Source of the DNA: Zhongshania sp.
Lineage (GTDB): Bacteria; Pseudomonadota; Gammaproteobacteria; Pseudomonadales; Spongiibacteraceae
Assembly: GCF_047636175.1 (NCBI RefSeq)
Contig: NZ_JBLIKC010000018.1
Span: 14,481-78,480 of the forward strand
Reading direction: 5' to 3'
DNA: 64,000 nucleotides
Part shown: in pieces, positions 9,829 to 22,851 of the stretch
Numbering within the stretch: position 1 is the stretch's first letter
Layout: every line of letters begins with the position of its first letter
Made by a program: the position numbers and the translations under genes
The notes under the pieces: model-generated
The model's input: only the letters and a program-made list of their open reading frames with translations
What the model was told of the DNA's origin: nothing
Databases searched by the model: none

Positions 9829-10484
9829 CAGTGAATCCCAGTACAGCACCCAGACGCCGGGGCCGACCAAAGAAGAGCGAAGCGCCCGCCCGGTCTATCG
9901 AGCAATTACTCGAAGCCTCAGCGGATATCTTCGCCCGCGACGGCTATGACGGTGTTTCCCTGCGCAAACTGCAAGATGAACTAAACGTCAGCTACACCTT
10001 TTTCCACCACTACTTCAGCTCTAAAGAGCAGCTGTGGCAGGCTATTGTAGACCGGCTCTGCGGCCACACCACCGCCAAGATTTTAGAAGCCCTGCAAAAC
10101 ATTGATGAAGGCCAGAACGAGTTAGATGCACTTAAAGAAGGTATTGCCGTATATATTCGCAGCGCCTTTGAGTACCCCGCGCTCTACCATATCTGTCAGC
10201 AAGAATCCCTGCGTGAAGGGCCGCGCCTGAGCTACCTTCACACACACTATTTTGAACCTGCGTGGCAGCTCATCAGCGATATGGTCGCCAAGGTAGAAGA
10301 CTTGGGCCTTATTAAGGACATCCCCATTGTGACTCTATTCTTCATGGTTCAGTCCGCGACGGCCCCCGTTGTGCAGCTACCCTTTTATCAAAGACTCACC
10401 GACAAACCAGAGTTAGCCCCTGAATTTATAGAAACCCATATTCAACAATCTATAGACCTGCTGTTTCACGGCTGGCGCAGATAA
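9819..10484 (+). CDS. TetR/AcrR family transcriptional regulator
   Basis: RRGRPK leader and HTH (FARDGYDGVSLRKLQDELNVSYTFFHHYFSSKEQLW). Confidence 0.9.
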   Translation: MSFAVNPSTAPRRRGRPKKSEAPARSIEQLLEASADIFARDGYDGVSLRKLQDELNVSYTFFHHYFSSKEQLWQAIVDRLCGHTTAKILEALQNIDEGQNELDALKEGIAVYIRSAFEYPALYHICQQESLREGPRLSYLHTHYFEPAWQLISDMVAKVEDLGLIKDIPIVTLFFMVQSATAPVVQLPFYQRLTDKPELAPEFIETHIQQSIDLLFHGWRR

Positions 10485-10501
10485 TAAAACGGAGCCCCCA
10501 A

Positions 10502-11863
10502 ATGAAAACACCAACTGATTACTTAGCCTTACCCCGCAAGTCGACCGACGATATTATGCACGTGCCGGGTGACAAAGGCGCACTGCCAATCCTCGGGGAT
10601 ACAGTCGAATTCTTGACTGATTATTTAGGCTTAGTAACACGCAAGCACAAGCTTTATGGACCGATCTTCCGCAACAACGCGCTACTGCAGCGCTCGGTTG
10701 CTTTGCTAGGGCCAGAGGCGAATGAACTGGTCCTTAAAGATAGCGGCAAAATTTTTTCCAGCAAAAAAGCTTGGGACCCTATTCTGGATAGATTATTCCC
10801 TGACGGTCTGATGCTGCGCGATTTTGATGAACACCGCTTCCATCGCCGCATTCTGCAAGCGGCATTTAAAAAGGATGCACTGCAGGGCTATCTCGACGAG
10901 ATGAACCCGCGCATGCGTGAAGGCGTTGCCGCCTTCCCTAAGCAAGTCGAGTTCGGATTTAAAGACAGCATTAAATCAGTATTGCTAGACGTCGCCGCGC
11001 AAGTGTTTATGGGCGTAAAAATGGGCAGCGACGCCGATGCCATTAACAAAGGCTTTTTGCATGCGATGGAAGCATCAATGGCGGTCGTGAAACTGCCGAT
11101 ACCGGGCACTACATGGCAGAAGGGTTTGAATGGTCGCAAAACGCTCAAAAACTTTATTGAAAAACATATCGAAGCAAAACGCGCCACCGAGAGCAGTGAT
11201 TTCTTCTCACAGTTTTGTCACGCCAAAGACGAAGATGGCAACACCCTTAGCAATGAGGCCGTGCGCGACCACACTATTTTCTTGCTGTTTGCCGCTCATG
11301 ACACCACCACTAGCACGCTGTGCTCGATCATTTACGCACTAGCTAAAAACCCAGAGTGGCAAGATATTCTGTACCAAGAATGCCAGCAAATTGAAGGCGA
11401 CAATCTAGGGTACGACGACCTGCCAAAACTAGAAAAAGCCGCGCTGGTAATGAAGGAAGCTTTGCGGATGTACCCCCCAGTCCCCGCTATTCCGCGTCGC
11501 TTAATTAAAGAAACAGAGATTATGGGTTATACCCTACCGGCAAACACTGGCGTCGGTATTTCACCGCTCTTCACCCACTATATGGAAGAGTGGTGGACTG
11601 AGCCCAAGAAGTTTGACCCCGAGCGTTTTTCTGCTGAGCGTGCCGAACACAAGCGCCACCTTTATCAGTGGATTCCCTTCGGTGGCGGCGGCCACAAGTG
11701 TATCGGTCTTAACTTTGCTGAAATGCAGGTGAAATTATTTATGTTCCATTTACTGCGCAGCTACACCATTAGCGTTAAGCCCGGCTACGAAATGAAGTAT
11801 AACGCCGTGCCTATTTCCTTCCCGACTGATGGCTTGCCAGTCACCCTGACCGCCAGAAAATAG
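10502..11863 (+). CDS. cytochrome P450, CYP136-like
   Basis: I-helix AAHDTT, ExxR (EALR), PERF, heme loop FGGGGHKCIG. Confidence 0.9.
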   Translation: MKTPTDYLALPRKSTDDIMHVPGDKGALPILGDTVEFLTDYLGLVTRKHKLYGPIFRNNALLQRSVALLGPEANELVLKDSGKIFSSKKAWDPILDRLFPDGLMLRDFDEHRFHRRILQAAFKKDALQGYLDEMNPRMREGVAAFPKQVEFGFKDSIKSVLLDVAAQVFMGVKMGSDADAINKGFLHAMEASMAVVKLPIPGTTWQKGLNGRKTLKNFIEKHIEAKRATESSDFFSQFCHAKDEDGNTLSNEAVRDHTIFLLFAAHDTTTSTLCSIIYALAKNPEWQDILYQECQQIEGDNLGYDDLPKLEKAALVMKEALRMYPPVPAIPRRLIKETEIMGYTLPANTGVGISPLFTHYMEEWWTEPKKFDPERFSAERAEHKRHLYQWIPFGGGGHKCIGLNFAEMQVKLFMFHLLRSYTISVKPGYEMKYNAVPISFPTDGLPVTLTARK

Positions 11864-11869
11864 TCCTGC

Positions 11870-11907
11870 CTCTACACCAGTAAATTCATTAATTTACTGG
11901 TGTAGAG
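11870..11907. terminator. perfect 17-bp-stem hairpin after the P450; probable terminator
   Basis: CTCTACACCAGTAAATT-CATT-AATTTACTGGTGTAGAG; no clear U-tract. Confidence 0.6.
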
Positions 11908-12030
11908 CTCTGACTCTAATCTACGTCTATTCCCATTTTCAATACAGCGCCTGCCCTCAGGCATCAGCTTAATACCCACACCTAGCTTAAACTCGGCCCA
12001 CTCAGTCTAATCAACACACGCCTCAATCAT

Positions 12031-12060
12031 GTTGACGTTAACGTCAACTGCGGATAAAGT
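12031..12060 (+). promoter_or_regulatory. LiuR operator overlapping a sigma70-like promoter
   Basis: Perfect palindrome GTTGACGTTAACGTCAAC (12031-12048) resembling known LiuR boxes; TTGACG-17 bp-TAAAGT. Confidence 0.8.
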
Positions 12061-12098
12061 ATGGCGCTACTCAGCAATCTAACCATTGGCAGTGAGCT

Positions 12099-12503
12099 AT
12101 GGCCGACAGAACTTACGGTATTTCAGATCTGGCATCGGAATTTGACGTCACCACGCGCACGATCCGTTTTTATGAGGAAAAGGGCCTGCTTAATCCCCTG
12201 CGCGACGGGCAAACTCGAATTTACAGCGCCGCCGATCGCATTAAACTTAAATTAATTTTGCGCGGTAAACGCTTGGGCTTATCCCTGGAAGATAGTAAAA
12301 GCATCATTGAGATGTATCATCCCGAGCACGACAACAGCCCACAGCTTATTAAACTTATCGACAAGATACGTGAGCGCCGCCGACTATTAAAAGAACAACT
12401 CAAGCAGCAGCTACAAGACTTGCAAGATATGATCTATGAATTAGACCAAGCCGAAAATCGCTGCCAAGACGCCTTGAATGAAATAAATAAAACGAACCAC
12501 TAA
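12099..12503 (+). CDS. liuR: MerR family regulator LiuR
   Basis: MerR HTH ([24 protein letters not shown]); [11 protein letters not shown]; first gene before liuA. Confidence 0.9.
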   Translation: MADRTYGISDLASEFDVTTRTIRFYEEKGLLNPLRDGQTRIYSAADRIKLKLILRGKRLGLSLEDSKSIIEMYHPEHDNSPQLIKLIDKIRERRRLLKEQLKQQLQDLQDMIYELDQAENRCQDALNEINKTNH

Positions 12504-12538
12504 ATATAGTAATCACGGATTATCCAGAGGAAAATACT

Positions 12539-13708
12539 ATGAGCACTTCCTACCCTACTTTGAACTTTGGCCTCGGTGAAGAAGTTGAGATGTTGCGCGA
12601 TGCCGCCCAGCAATTTGCCCAGAAAGAAATTGCCCCCCGCGCGGAGAGCATCGACAAAGACAATGAGTTTCCCATGGACCTCTGGCGCAAAATGGGCGAC
12701 ATGGGCTTGCTCGGCATCACTGTCTCAGAAGAGTATGGCGGCAGCAATATGGGCTATCTGGCCCATGTTATTGCCATGGAAGAAATCAGCCGCGCTTCCG
12801 CGTCGGTGGGCCTTTCTTACGGCGCTCACTCCAATTTGTGCGTAAACCAACTCTTCAAGAATGGCACTGACGCCCAGCGCGAAAAATATCTGCCCAAACT
12901 CTGTTCAGGCGAACATATTGGCGCACTGGCCATGTCAGAACCCAATGCCGGCTCGGATGTTGTCAGCATGAAACTTAAAGCCGAAAAAGACGGTGACCAC
13001 TATGTGCTTAACGGCAATAAAATGTGGATCACCAATGGCCCCGATGCCCACACCTATATCATCTACGCAAAAACTGATATCCACGGCGGCTCACGCGGCA
13101 TTACCGCATTTATTGTCGAACGCGACTACCCCGGCTTTAGCCGCTCACCTAAATTAGACAAGCTCGGCATGCGTGGCTCCAACACCTGCGAGCTGGTGTT
13201 TGAAAACTGTAAAGTGCCAGCGGCAAATATTTTGGGCGCGGAAGGCGGCGGCGTAAATGTATTAATGAGCGGCTTAGATTTTGAACGCACGGTGCTATCT
13301 GGCGGGCCAACAGGCATTATGCAAGCCTGCCTCGACGTGGTGATCCCCTATCTTCACGACCGCAAACAATTCGGACAGAGCATTGGCGAGTTTCAATTGA
13401 TGCAAGGCAAATTGGCAGACATGTACACCGAATTGAATGCCAGTCGCGCCTATCTTTATACCGTCGCCAAAGCCTGTGATCGCGGTGAGGCCAGTCGTAA
13501 AGATGCGGCCGCTGTCATTTTGTATACTGCCGAGCGCGCCACCCAAATGGCACTACAAGCGATTCAAGCTCTGGGCGGTAATGGCTACACCAATGAATAT
13601 CCAACGGGCCGCTTACTGCGCGACGCCAAGCTTTATGAGATCGGCGCTGGCACCTCAGAAATTAGACGCATGTTGATTGGTCGTGAGCTCTTTAAAGAAA
13701 CGATGTAA
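12539..13708 (+). CDS. liuA: isovaleryl-CoA dehydrogenase
   Basis: [41 protein letters not shown]. Confidence 0.95.
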   Translation: MSTSYPTLNFGLGEEVEMLRDAAQQFAQKEIAPRAESIDKDNEFPMDLWRKMGDMGLLGITVSEEYGGSNMGYLAHVIAMEEISRASASVGLSYGAHSNLCVNQLFKNGTDAQREKYLPKLCSGEHIGALAMSEPNAGSDVVSMKLKAEKDGDHYVLNGNKMWITNGPDAHTYIIYAKTDIHGGSRGITAFIVERDYPGFSRSPKLDKLGMRGSNTCELVFENCKVPAANILGAEGGGVNVLMSGLDFERTVLSGGPTGIMQACLDVVIPYLHDRKQFGQSIGEFQLMQGKLADMYTELNASRAYLYTVAKACDRGEASRKDAAAVILYTAERATQMALQAIQALGGNGYTNEYPTGRLLRDAKLYEIGAGTSEIRRMLIGRELFKETM

Positions 13709-13759
13709 CACACTCGCTTATAAAAATTAATCCTAAGAAATACCATAGGCACCGCGACA

Positions 13760-15367
13760 ATGACTGTACTGACATCGACTATTAATCCACGCGACCCAAG
13801 CTTTATTGAAAACGCCGAACACATGCAAGCGCAAGTCGACGACTTAAAGCAGCTAGTCGCTAACATTAATCAAGGCGGTGGCGAAAAGTCACAGCGGCGT
13901 CATCAAGACAAGGGCAAGCTACTGCCCCGCGAGCGAATCAGCGCGCTAGTAGATGTGGGTGCCCCCTTTTTAGAGCTATCGCAACTGGCCGCCTATAAAG
14001 TCTATGACGAAGAAATCGCCGCTGCGGGCTTAATCACCGGCATCGGACGGGTCTGCGGTCAAGAGTGCATGATCATTGTTAATGACGCCACGGTGAAAGG
14101 CGGAAGTTACTTTCCGCTAACGGTAAAGAAACATTTACGCGCGCAAAATATCGCCCAAGAAAATCATTTGCCCTGTATTTACTTAGTCGATTCCGGCGGC
14201 GCCAATCTGCCCCGTCAAGACGAAGTGTTTCCAGATCGCGAGCACTTTGGTCGAATATTCTTCAATCAGGCAAATATGTCTGCAATGGGTATTCCGCAAA
14301 TCGCAGTGGTCATGGGTAGCTGCACCGCAGGCGGCGCTTACGTCCCGGCTATGGCGGACGAATCTATTATTGTCAAAGAGCAAGGCACGATTTTTCTGGC
14401 CGGCCCGCCATTGGTTAAGGCCGCCACCGGTGAAGTGGTTAGCGCGGAAGCCCTGGGCGGTGCAGATGTGCATTGCAAAGTGTCTGGCGTTGCCGACCAC
14501 TACGCCCAAAATGATCATCATGCTTTGCAAATAGCGCGCAATGCGGTAAAACGCTTGAATCGTTGCAAACCGATATCTATGGATATTAGCCCCAGCGTCG
14601 AGCCGGCTTTTTCACCCCAAGAAATTTACGGCGTGGTTCCCAAAGACAGCCGCAAACCCTACGATGTGAGAGAAGTGATTGCGCGGATTGTCGATGGCTC
14701 CGACTTCGACGAATTCAAAGCCCTATTTGGCACGAGCTTGGTATGTGGCTTTGCCCGCATCTTTGGCTATCCGGTGGGCATTGTGGCCAACAACGGTATT
14801 CTGTTTTCAGAGTCGGCACAAAAAGGCGCGCACTTTATTGAGCTGTGTGCGCAACGCAAAATTCCGCTGATCTTTTTACAAAATATCACCGGGTTTATGG
14901 TTGGCCAGCAATACGAATCTGGCGGCATTGCCAAGCACGGCGCCAAAATGGTGACTGCCGTTGCCTGCGCACAAGTACCTAAACTCACAGTATTGATTGG
15001 TGGCTCGTTCGGCGCAGGGAACTACGGGATGTGCGGCCGCGCTTACGACCCGCGCTTTATGTTTATGTGGCCTAATGCCCGCATCTCGGTTATGGGTGGC
15101 GAGCAAGCCGCTGGCGTGATGGCGCAAATCAAACGCGACCAGTATGAGCGCGAAAATAAAGATTGGCCAAGTGACGAAGAGCAGGCCTTTAAGCAACCTA
15201 TTCTCGACACCTACGAGGAACAGGGTCACCCCTACTTTGCATCAGCCAGACTGTGGGACGACGGTGTTATCGATCCTGCCGATACGCGCATGGTGCTGGG
15301 CTTAAGCCTGTCAGCCAGTTTGAACAAGCCCATAGCAGACACTAAATTTGGTGTCTTTAGAATGTAA
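13760..15367 (+). CDS. liuB: 3-methylcrotonyl-CoA carboxylase, carboxyltransferase subunit
   Basis: [40 protein letters not shown]; operon context. Confidence 0.95.
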   Translation: MTVLTSTINPRDPSFIENAEHMQAQVDDLKQLVANINQGGGEKSQRRHQDKGKLLPRERISALVDVGAPFLELSQLAAYKVYDEEIAAAGLITGIGRVCGQECMIIVNDATVKGGSYFPLTVKKHLRAQNIAQENHLPCIYLVDSGGANLPRQDEVFPDREHFGRIFFNQANMSAMGIPQIAVVMGSCTAGGAYVPAMADESIIVKEQGTIFLAGPPLVKAATGEVVSAEALGGADVHCKVSGVADHYAQNDHHALQIARNAVKRLNRCKPISMDISPSVEPAFSPQEIYGVVPKDSRKPYDVREVIARIVDGSDFDEFKALFGTSLVCGFARIFGYPVGIVANNGILFSESAQKGAHFIELCAQRKIPLIFLQNITGFMVGQQYESGGIAKHGAKMVTAVACAQVPKLTVLIGGSFGAGNYGMCGRAYDPRFMFMWPNARISVMGGEQAAGVMAQIKRDQYERENKDWPSDEEQAFKQPILDTYEEQGHPYFASARLWDDGVIDPADTRMVLGLSLSASLNKPIADTKFGVFRM

Positions 15368-15446
15368 GCCAAGCCCTAATTAATACACTAAATGCCGCCG
15401 TGATCGCTACGCCAAACGCGGGTAATAATATCCAGGAAATAAAATA

Positions 15447-17456
15447 ATGTTCGACAAAATTTTAATCGCAAACCGTGGTGAAATTGCCTGCCGAGTTATT
15501 AAGACGGCGCGTGAACTGGATATTCTAACCGTTGCTGTTTACAGTGACGCCGACCGCAGTGCGCTGCACGTCAGTATGGCTGACGAAGCCGTCTATATTG
15601 GCGCGTCGCCGGCTAGAGAATCCTATTTAGATGTTAATAAAATTATCGACGCAGCAAAAATAAGCGGCGCCCAAGCTATTCATCCCGGTTACGGTTTCCT
15701 ATCTGAAAACGCCGAGTTTTGTCGCCGCTGCGCAGCCGAGAATATCGTTTTTATTGGTCCGCCAACCAGCGCAATAGTGGCGATGGGATCGAAATCTGCC
15801 GCCAAAGACATTATGGGAAAAGCCGGCGTACCCCTGGTTCCCGGTTATCATGGCGCCGACCAGAATCCAGAAATCATTCGCCAGGCGGCTAATGATATGG
15901 GCTACCCGGTATTGCTAAAAGCCACCGCCGGGGGCGGCGGTAAGGGTATGCGACAAGTGTGGAGCGCCGAAGAGTTCGACAGCGCCCTGCAGGCCGCAAA
16001 GCGCGAAGCCCTTAATGGCTTCGGCGACGATACGATGTTGGTAGAAAAGTATCTTACCCAGCCACGCCACATCGAAATTCAAGTTTTCTGCGACAGCCAC
16101 GGCAACGCTGTTTATCTGTTTGAGCGCGACTGCTCTATTCAGCGCCGCCATCAAAAGGTCATTGAAGAAGCGCCCGCGCCGGGCTTAAGTTCGGCACTGC
16201 GTAGTGAAATGGGTAATGCCGCGGTATGCGCCGCGCAAGCCATAGACTACGTTGGCGCCGGCACCGTTGAATTTTTATTAGATAGCGACGGTAGTTTCTA
16301 TTTTATGGAAATGAATACCCGCTTACAGGTTGAGCACCCGGTCACTGAAATGATCACTGGCCTCGATCTAGTCGACTGGCAGCTCCGCGTTGCCGCGGGC
16401 GGTGTATTGCCACTGAAGCAAGATGAACTGCAAATTCGCGGTCATGCCATAGAAGCGCGAATCTATGCAGAAGATCCCGACAATGAGTTTTTGCCGCAAA
16501 CAGGCACCCTCCACTTTTTAGAAACCCCGTCTGAATCCGCCCACGTTCGCATTGATACCGGTGTGCGTGAAACCGATGAGGTAAGTGTGTTTTACGACCC
16601 GATGATTGCCAAGCTCATCGTCTGGGATGAAGACCGCGACGCCGCGCTGCGTCGCCTAAGTAGCGCACTTAAACAATACCGTATCAGCGGCGTGATCAAT
16701 AATATTGATTTTCTGCACACCCTCAGTCGTCATCCGGCCTTTGTTGCTGCCGATTTCGACACCGGTTTTATCGGCAAGCACGAAGCCAGTTTAATCGGCA
16801 TCGCCCAGCCCCAAAATCCCAGTAGCATAGCCCTCGCCGCCTTGTATTTAGTGCTGGCACAAAAGCAGCGCATCCAAGAATTTGCGCAAGCCAGTGGCGA
16901 AGCAAATTCGCCCTGGAACAATCCCCACAACTGGCGCCCCAACCAAGCCGCAGAACATCGCTTTACACTCAAAAGTGGCGACGATCTGCATACGGTAGCA
17001 GTGACCGCCCAGTCGAGCGCCATGGATTCTGCCTTTTTGATTCACTGCAATGACACCGCCTACACCGCAAGTGGCGAGCTAGCCGGCCGAGTAATGAAAG
17101 CAGATATAAATGGCCGCAAACTCACCGCCACCATTTCTGCTCATGGCGGCAGTTATAGCCTATTCAGTGCAGAGCCAACCCTGCACTTCGCTATTCACGG
17201 ACCGGACTTGGGTGACAACAGCAATGACGCCGGTGAAGATCAATTAGTCGCTCCCATGAACGGCACCGTGGTGAGCCACTTAGTAGAGACCAGCAGCAGC
17301 GTTGTCAAGGGCACTCCGCTGATGATTATGGAGGCCATGAAAATGGAGCACACCATTCGCGCACCCGCAGATGGCATCGTCAAGGCCTTCTATTTTCAGG
17401 CCGGCGAGCTAGTCAGCGGCGGTGCTGAGTTAATTCAATTTGAGCGAGCTGAATAA
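15447..17456 (+). CDS. liuD: 3-methylcrotonyl-CoA carboxylase, biotin carboxylase/biotin carrier subunit
   Basis: ILIANRGEIA, HPGYGFLSEN, MNTRLQVEH, C-terminal EAMKM biotinylation site. Confidence 0.92.
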   Translation: MFDKILIANRGEIACRVIKTARELDILTVAVYSDADRSALHVSMADEAVYIGASPARESYLDVNKIIDAAKISGAQAIHPGYGFLSENAEFCRRCAAENIVFIGPPTSAIVAMGSKSAAKDIMGKAGVPLVPGYHGADQNPEIIRQAANDMGYPVLLKATAGGGGKGMRQVWSAEEFDSALQAAKREALNGFGDDTMLVEKYLTQPRHIEIQVFCDSHGNAVYLFERDCSIQRRHQKVIEEAPAPGLSSALRSEMGNAAVCAAQAIDYVGAGTVEFLLDSDGSFYFMEMNTRLQVEHPVTEMITGLDLVDWQLRVAAGGVLPLKQDELQIRGHAIEARIYAEDPDNEFLPQTGTLHFLETPSESAHVRIDTGVRETDEVSVFYDPMIAKLIVWDEDRDAALRRLSSALKQYRISGVINNIDFLHTLSRHPAFVAADFDTGFIGKHEASLIGIAQPQNPSSIALAALYLVLAQKQRIQEFAQASGEANSPWNNPHNWRPNQAAEHRFTLKSGDDLHTVAVTAQSSAMDSAFLIHCNDTAYTASGELAGRVMKADINGRKLTATISAHGGSYSLFSAEPTLHFAIHGPDLGDNSNDAGEDQLVAPMNGTVVSHLVETSSSVVKGTPLMIMEAMKMEHTIRAPADGIVKAFYFQAGELVSGGAELIQFERAE

Positions 17457-17458
17457 TC

Positions 17459-18325
17459 ATGGCAAAGATATTCCCAAACAGAGCACGCATCGTCGAGGTA
17501 GGCCCACGAGATGGCCTCCAAAATGAAAAGCAGCCTATCGATATCGACACCCGTGTGCAGCTCATCAATAAACTTGCCGACGCCGGTCTTAGCTATATCG
17601 AAGTAGGCAGTTTTGTCAGCCCGAAGTGGGTGCCGCAAATGGCCGGTAGCGACCAAGTGTTTGCCGGTATAGAGCGCAAGCAAGATGTTCACTATATTGC
17701 CCTGACTCCCAATCTGCGCGGTTATGAGCAAGCGGTTCTTGCCGGTGCTAGCGAAGTGGCGATTTTCACCACCGCCTCTGAGGCCTTTGCCCAGAAAAAT
17801 ACCAATTGCTCCATCGCAGAAAACCTTGAACGGTTCACGCCGATTATTGCAAAAGCCAAAGCACAGGGAATGCCGGTACGCGGCTATATTTCCTGTATTG
17901 CGGGCTGCCCATACGAGGGTGATATTCCACCAGAAGCAGTTGCGCAGCTCGCCGTTAAATTAATTGAGATGGGCTGCTACGAAATTTCACTGGGCGACAC
18001 CATCGGCAGCGGTACCCCAGAGCAAATCACCGCTATCTTAAAGGTGGTATTGCAACACGTCCCAGCCGACAAACTTGCGGTGCACTTTCACGACACCAAT
18101 GGCCGCGCATTAGAAAATATTCGCGTGGCACTGCAGTCAGGCATTACCGTGATTGATAGCGCGATAGGCGGATTGGGTGGCTGCCCCTACGCCGAAGGCG
18201 CCTCAGGTAATGTGGCAACCGAGTCAGTCATCGGCTTATTGGATGAACTCAATATTGCCCACGGCATTAATCTTCCCAAGCTTTTACAAGCAAGTGCATT
18301 TATTACTCAGGCACTAAAGAGCTAA
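17459..18325 (+). CDS. liuE: hydroxymethylglutaryl-CoA lyase
   Basis: EVGPRDGLQNE, HFHDT, GLGGCPYAEGASGNVATE. Confidence 0.92.
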   Translation: MAKIFPNRARIVEVGPRDGLQNEKQPIDIDTRVQLINKLADAGLSYIEVGSFVSPKWVPQMAGSDQVFAGIERKQDVHYIALTPNLRGYEQAVLAGASEVAIFTTASEAFAQKNTNCSIAENLERFTPIIAKAKAQGMPVRGYISCIAGCPYEGDIPPEAVAQLAVKLIEMGCYEISLGDTIGSGTPEQITAILKVVLQHVPADKLAVHFHDTNGRALENIRVALQSGITVIDSAIGGLGGCPYAEGASGNVATESVIGLLDELNIAHGINLPKLLQASAFITQALKS

Positions 18326-18391
18326 GAAAGGAACAACAACCAGTGTGTAACGCTGGACACATTATCAGGTCTTAGCGCTAGGAAAAAAATA

Positions 18392-20344
<1,953 letters not shown>

Positions 20345-20419
20345 AGCGGAGCAGCCTGATGTCGAGTAGCGCTGGTATTAGCCAGTGCTAGGCCATATAG
20401 AATCAGCAGGCATCTAAAT

Positions 20420-21613
20420 TTAGTCAACAAAACGCTTTCGGTATTCCGCAAATTGTTGCTTTAAGCCTTCTTCGGTTAAACCAAACTGCTCGAGGGTATA
20501 TTCATGGCCGGGACGACTGTCACGGCGGTTATCTTCCTGATGTTTTTCCATGGCGGCACGAGCGGTATCGGTAAGGTCCATGCCAATAAAATCATAGACT
20601 TTCTTTACCGACGACAGCGGGTCGACCACGGTGTCTTTATACCACACGTCCAAAAATGCCTGCGGCTGTTGATCACGAATTTTTAGCGTGTGTAATGTGC
20701 CGCGCGCATATTTTGCAGCCCACTGCTCGCCAACTACTTTTCCATCTACCTTATCGCTGCACATAATCCATAGGTTGTAATTCATACTCGCAGCAGAGGG
20801 AATGGTCTGCAGCGGGTCGCGGTGAGTCTGAACAATTTTAGCGTCTGGAAATATCTTTAACAAAGTCGCGATATGGTGGATATGATGTGGCGTTTTTAAC
20901 AGCCAGCGCTCGGCCACTTGGCTTGTTTGTTTTTTCTGCCACTGCAAAAATTGTAATAGGCGTTTCAGGTATTGATAAGCCGGTGTATTGTCGTGTTCAT
21001 CGTTCCATTTGCCATAGGTTGGCACATTGCAAAAAGCATCGGGTACGGTGCTATAAAAACTGTGCTCCAGTAGCAGTATATCTTCATCAGCAGCCACCGG
21101 GTCCATGGGATGAATAGCTGCAATTTCTGGGTTTGCCGCTAACATGGCGGCCACTTCAGCCTCAGCAGAAGTAATGCGTGCATCCTTACCTTTAAAGTCC
21201 CACTCTAATTCCGGTGCGGGGTTGCGCACTTCATACCACAGCGGTGCGTAAAAGCGTTTATCCGCAGCGAGTATTCGATGAAAGAACGTCGAACCCGTTC
21301 GCTGCAATCCAATAATCACGACCGGAGCAGTAATTTCTTCGTCAAGAATCTCTGGGTGTTTATCAATCCACCCCTCTACTCGCAGACGATTAATTAGAAT
21401 ATTGAGAATACGCTGGTACTGACCAAAACGGCCGCCGGGATTTAAATTGGCCTCTTCGTTTAATGACTTGATCAAGATGTCCAGGGGCTCACGAAAAGAT
21501 TCATCACCAAAATCAGTTAGGCCGGTGGCATCCATGGCCGCTGCCAATAAGGTGGTCGCTGTTAAATCAACCTCGGGAATAGCAAAGTCTGTGCTCTGTT
21601 GTTCTGTGCTCAA
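20420..21613 (-). CDS. sulfotransferase family protein
   Basis: PAPS-binding-like GLQRTGSTF, WLLKTPHH, HRDP; TTG start with AAGGAG upstream. Confidence 0.85.
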   Translation of the reverse strand: MSTEQQSTDFAIPEVDLTATTLLAAAMDATGLTDFGDESFREPLDILIKSLNEEANLNPGGRFGQYQRILNILINRLRVEGWIDKHPEILDEEITAPVVIIGLQRTGSTFFHRILAADKRFYAPLWYEVRNPAPELEWDFKGKDARITSAEAEVAAMLAANPEIAAIHPMDPVAADEDILLLEHSFYSTVPDAFCNVPTYGKWNDEHDNTPAYQYLKRLLQFLQWQKKQTSQVAERWLLKTPHHIHHIATLLKIFPDAKIVQTHRDPLQTIPSAASMNYNLWIMCSDKVDGKVVGEQWAAKYARGTLHTLKIRDQQPQAFLDVWYKDTVVDPLSSVKKVYDFIGMDLTDTARAAMEKHQEDNRRDSRPGHEYTLEQFGLTEEGLKQQFAEYRKRFVD

Positions 21614-21626
21614 GATCGTCTCTCCT

Positions 21627-22754
21627 TTATTGGGCCAATAGCTGCGCTAGGTCTGCCAGTTTCACCACTTTGCAGCGGGGGTGCACAATACGGTCTGCAC
21701 CAATCCACCGAAAAGCCATGGTGCCCTCGCGATGGCCAGTAGTGTCTAGCCAGTTTTCGCAGCCCGGGTCTTTAGCAGACACCACAATACGCACACCACC
21801 ATCACCGCGATATTTCGCGGTGTGCTTGTTAACATGAATCTGCACGTAGCGGTATTCAAGCGATTCCATCCAGTAATTATTCAACTGAAAATTCCAGTTG
21901 TCGCACTGCGGTATATCATCAGCTTCAATCAGCAGCGCTTCATCATCTGCCAAGTTAAAATAGCCGTGGTAATAATAAATATTGGGATCGCCACCAAGCT
22001 TTTGACAGTATTCCTGATCCGCCGCTGGCAAGGTATTGGGGTGTTCCTTAAAGCCCTGCGCCCAGTCGGCAAACAAGGTTGCGGTGCCTTTCACAAAGGC
22101 GGCGGTGTTGGCTAAATCTGCTTTTAATTTTGGCCCGGCAAGCGCTGCGGGTTTACTATCTCCCATATCGAGACGGCTAATAGTAAGGTCGGCGAAGATC
22201 TCGGTAGATCGATCCAAATAGGTTTCACGCACTAACACCGCCACGGTGTCATCGGTTATTTTCAGCCAATTACCGGTCTGCGGGGTTTGCGACAGAATCA
22301 CATCAATGCTGCCGTCGGCGTTTACCTCTAAGCCGCTGTGGGTATCAATGGCACTGACCGAGCGCATATTGCCGTCGGCCTCCTCGTAGCCACCGGCAAT
22401 GGCAATAAAGCCAAGATAGGCAACGGTACCCCGCGTACCGCTAATGCGATAATCATGTCTGCCATTGATCTCGGCGCGCAGATAATAGTTGTCGGGGTTG
22501 TCGGCACCAATTTTCGCGGTTTCATGAGAGGGTCGGTAAAAGCTGGGGAAATCGCGGTCACTGCACTCCATAAACATATCAAGGGCAATGCGAGTTAGTC
22601 GGGTGAGATAGCGCCAACCCTCGGCGCGGTTCAATTCATCAGCGGGCGCTTCTGGACGGATGATCTGCTGGCCAGCGGCCTTGAGCTCATCGCAAAACGC
22701 CTCCCATGCATCAATGTCGACGAGGGGATTTGGGGTTTCTGCTGCCATTGTCAT
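21627..22754 (-). CDS. DUF1214-domain protein (Rv3531c-like)
   Basis: KIGADNPDNYY, WNFQLNNYWMESLEY, DPGCENWLDTTGH; 13 nt upstream of the sulfotransferase. Confidence 0.75.
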   Translation of the reverse strand: MTMAAETPNPLVDIDAWEAFCDELKAAGQQIIRPEAPADELNRAEGWRYLTRLTRIALDMFMECSDRDFPSFYRPSHETAKIGADNPDNYYLRAEINGRHDYRISGTRGTVAYLGFIAIAGGYEEADGNMRSVSAIDTHSGLEVNADGSIDVILSQTPQTGNWLKITDDTVAVLVRETYLDRSTEIFADLTISRLDMGDSKPAALAGPKLKADLANTAAFVKGTATLFADWAQGFKEHPNTLPAADQEYCQKLGGDPNIYYYHGYFNLADDEALLIEADDIPQCDNWNFQLNNYWMESLEYRYVQIHVNKHTAKYRGDGGVRIVVSAKDPGCENWLDTTGHREGTMAFRWIGADRIVHPRCKVVKLADLAQLLAQ

Positions 22755-22851
22755 ACTCCTATTATTATCGTCAGTATTCTGACTTAACAGCAGTATCGAC
22801 GCATCACCCAGACAGATGACGCGGGTTTGGCCTTAAAATCGAGGGGGAAAT

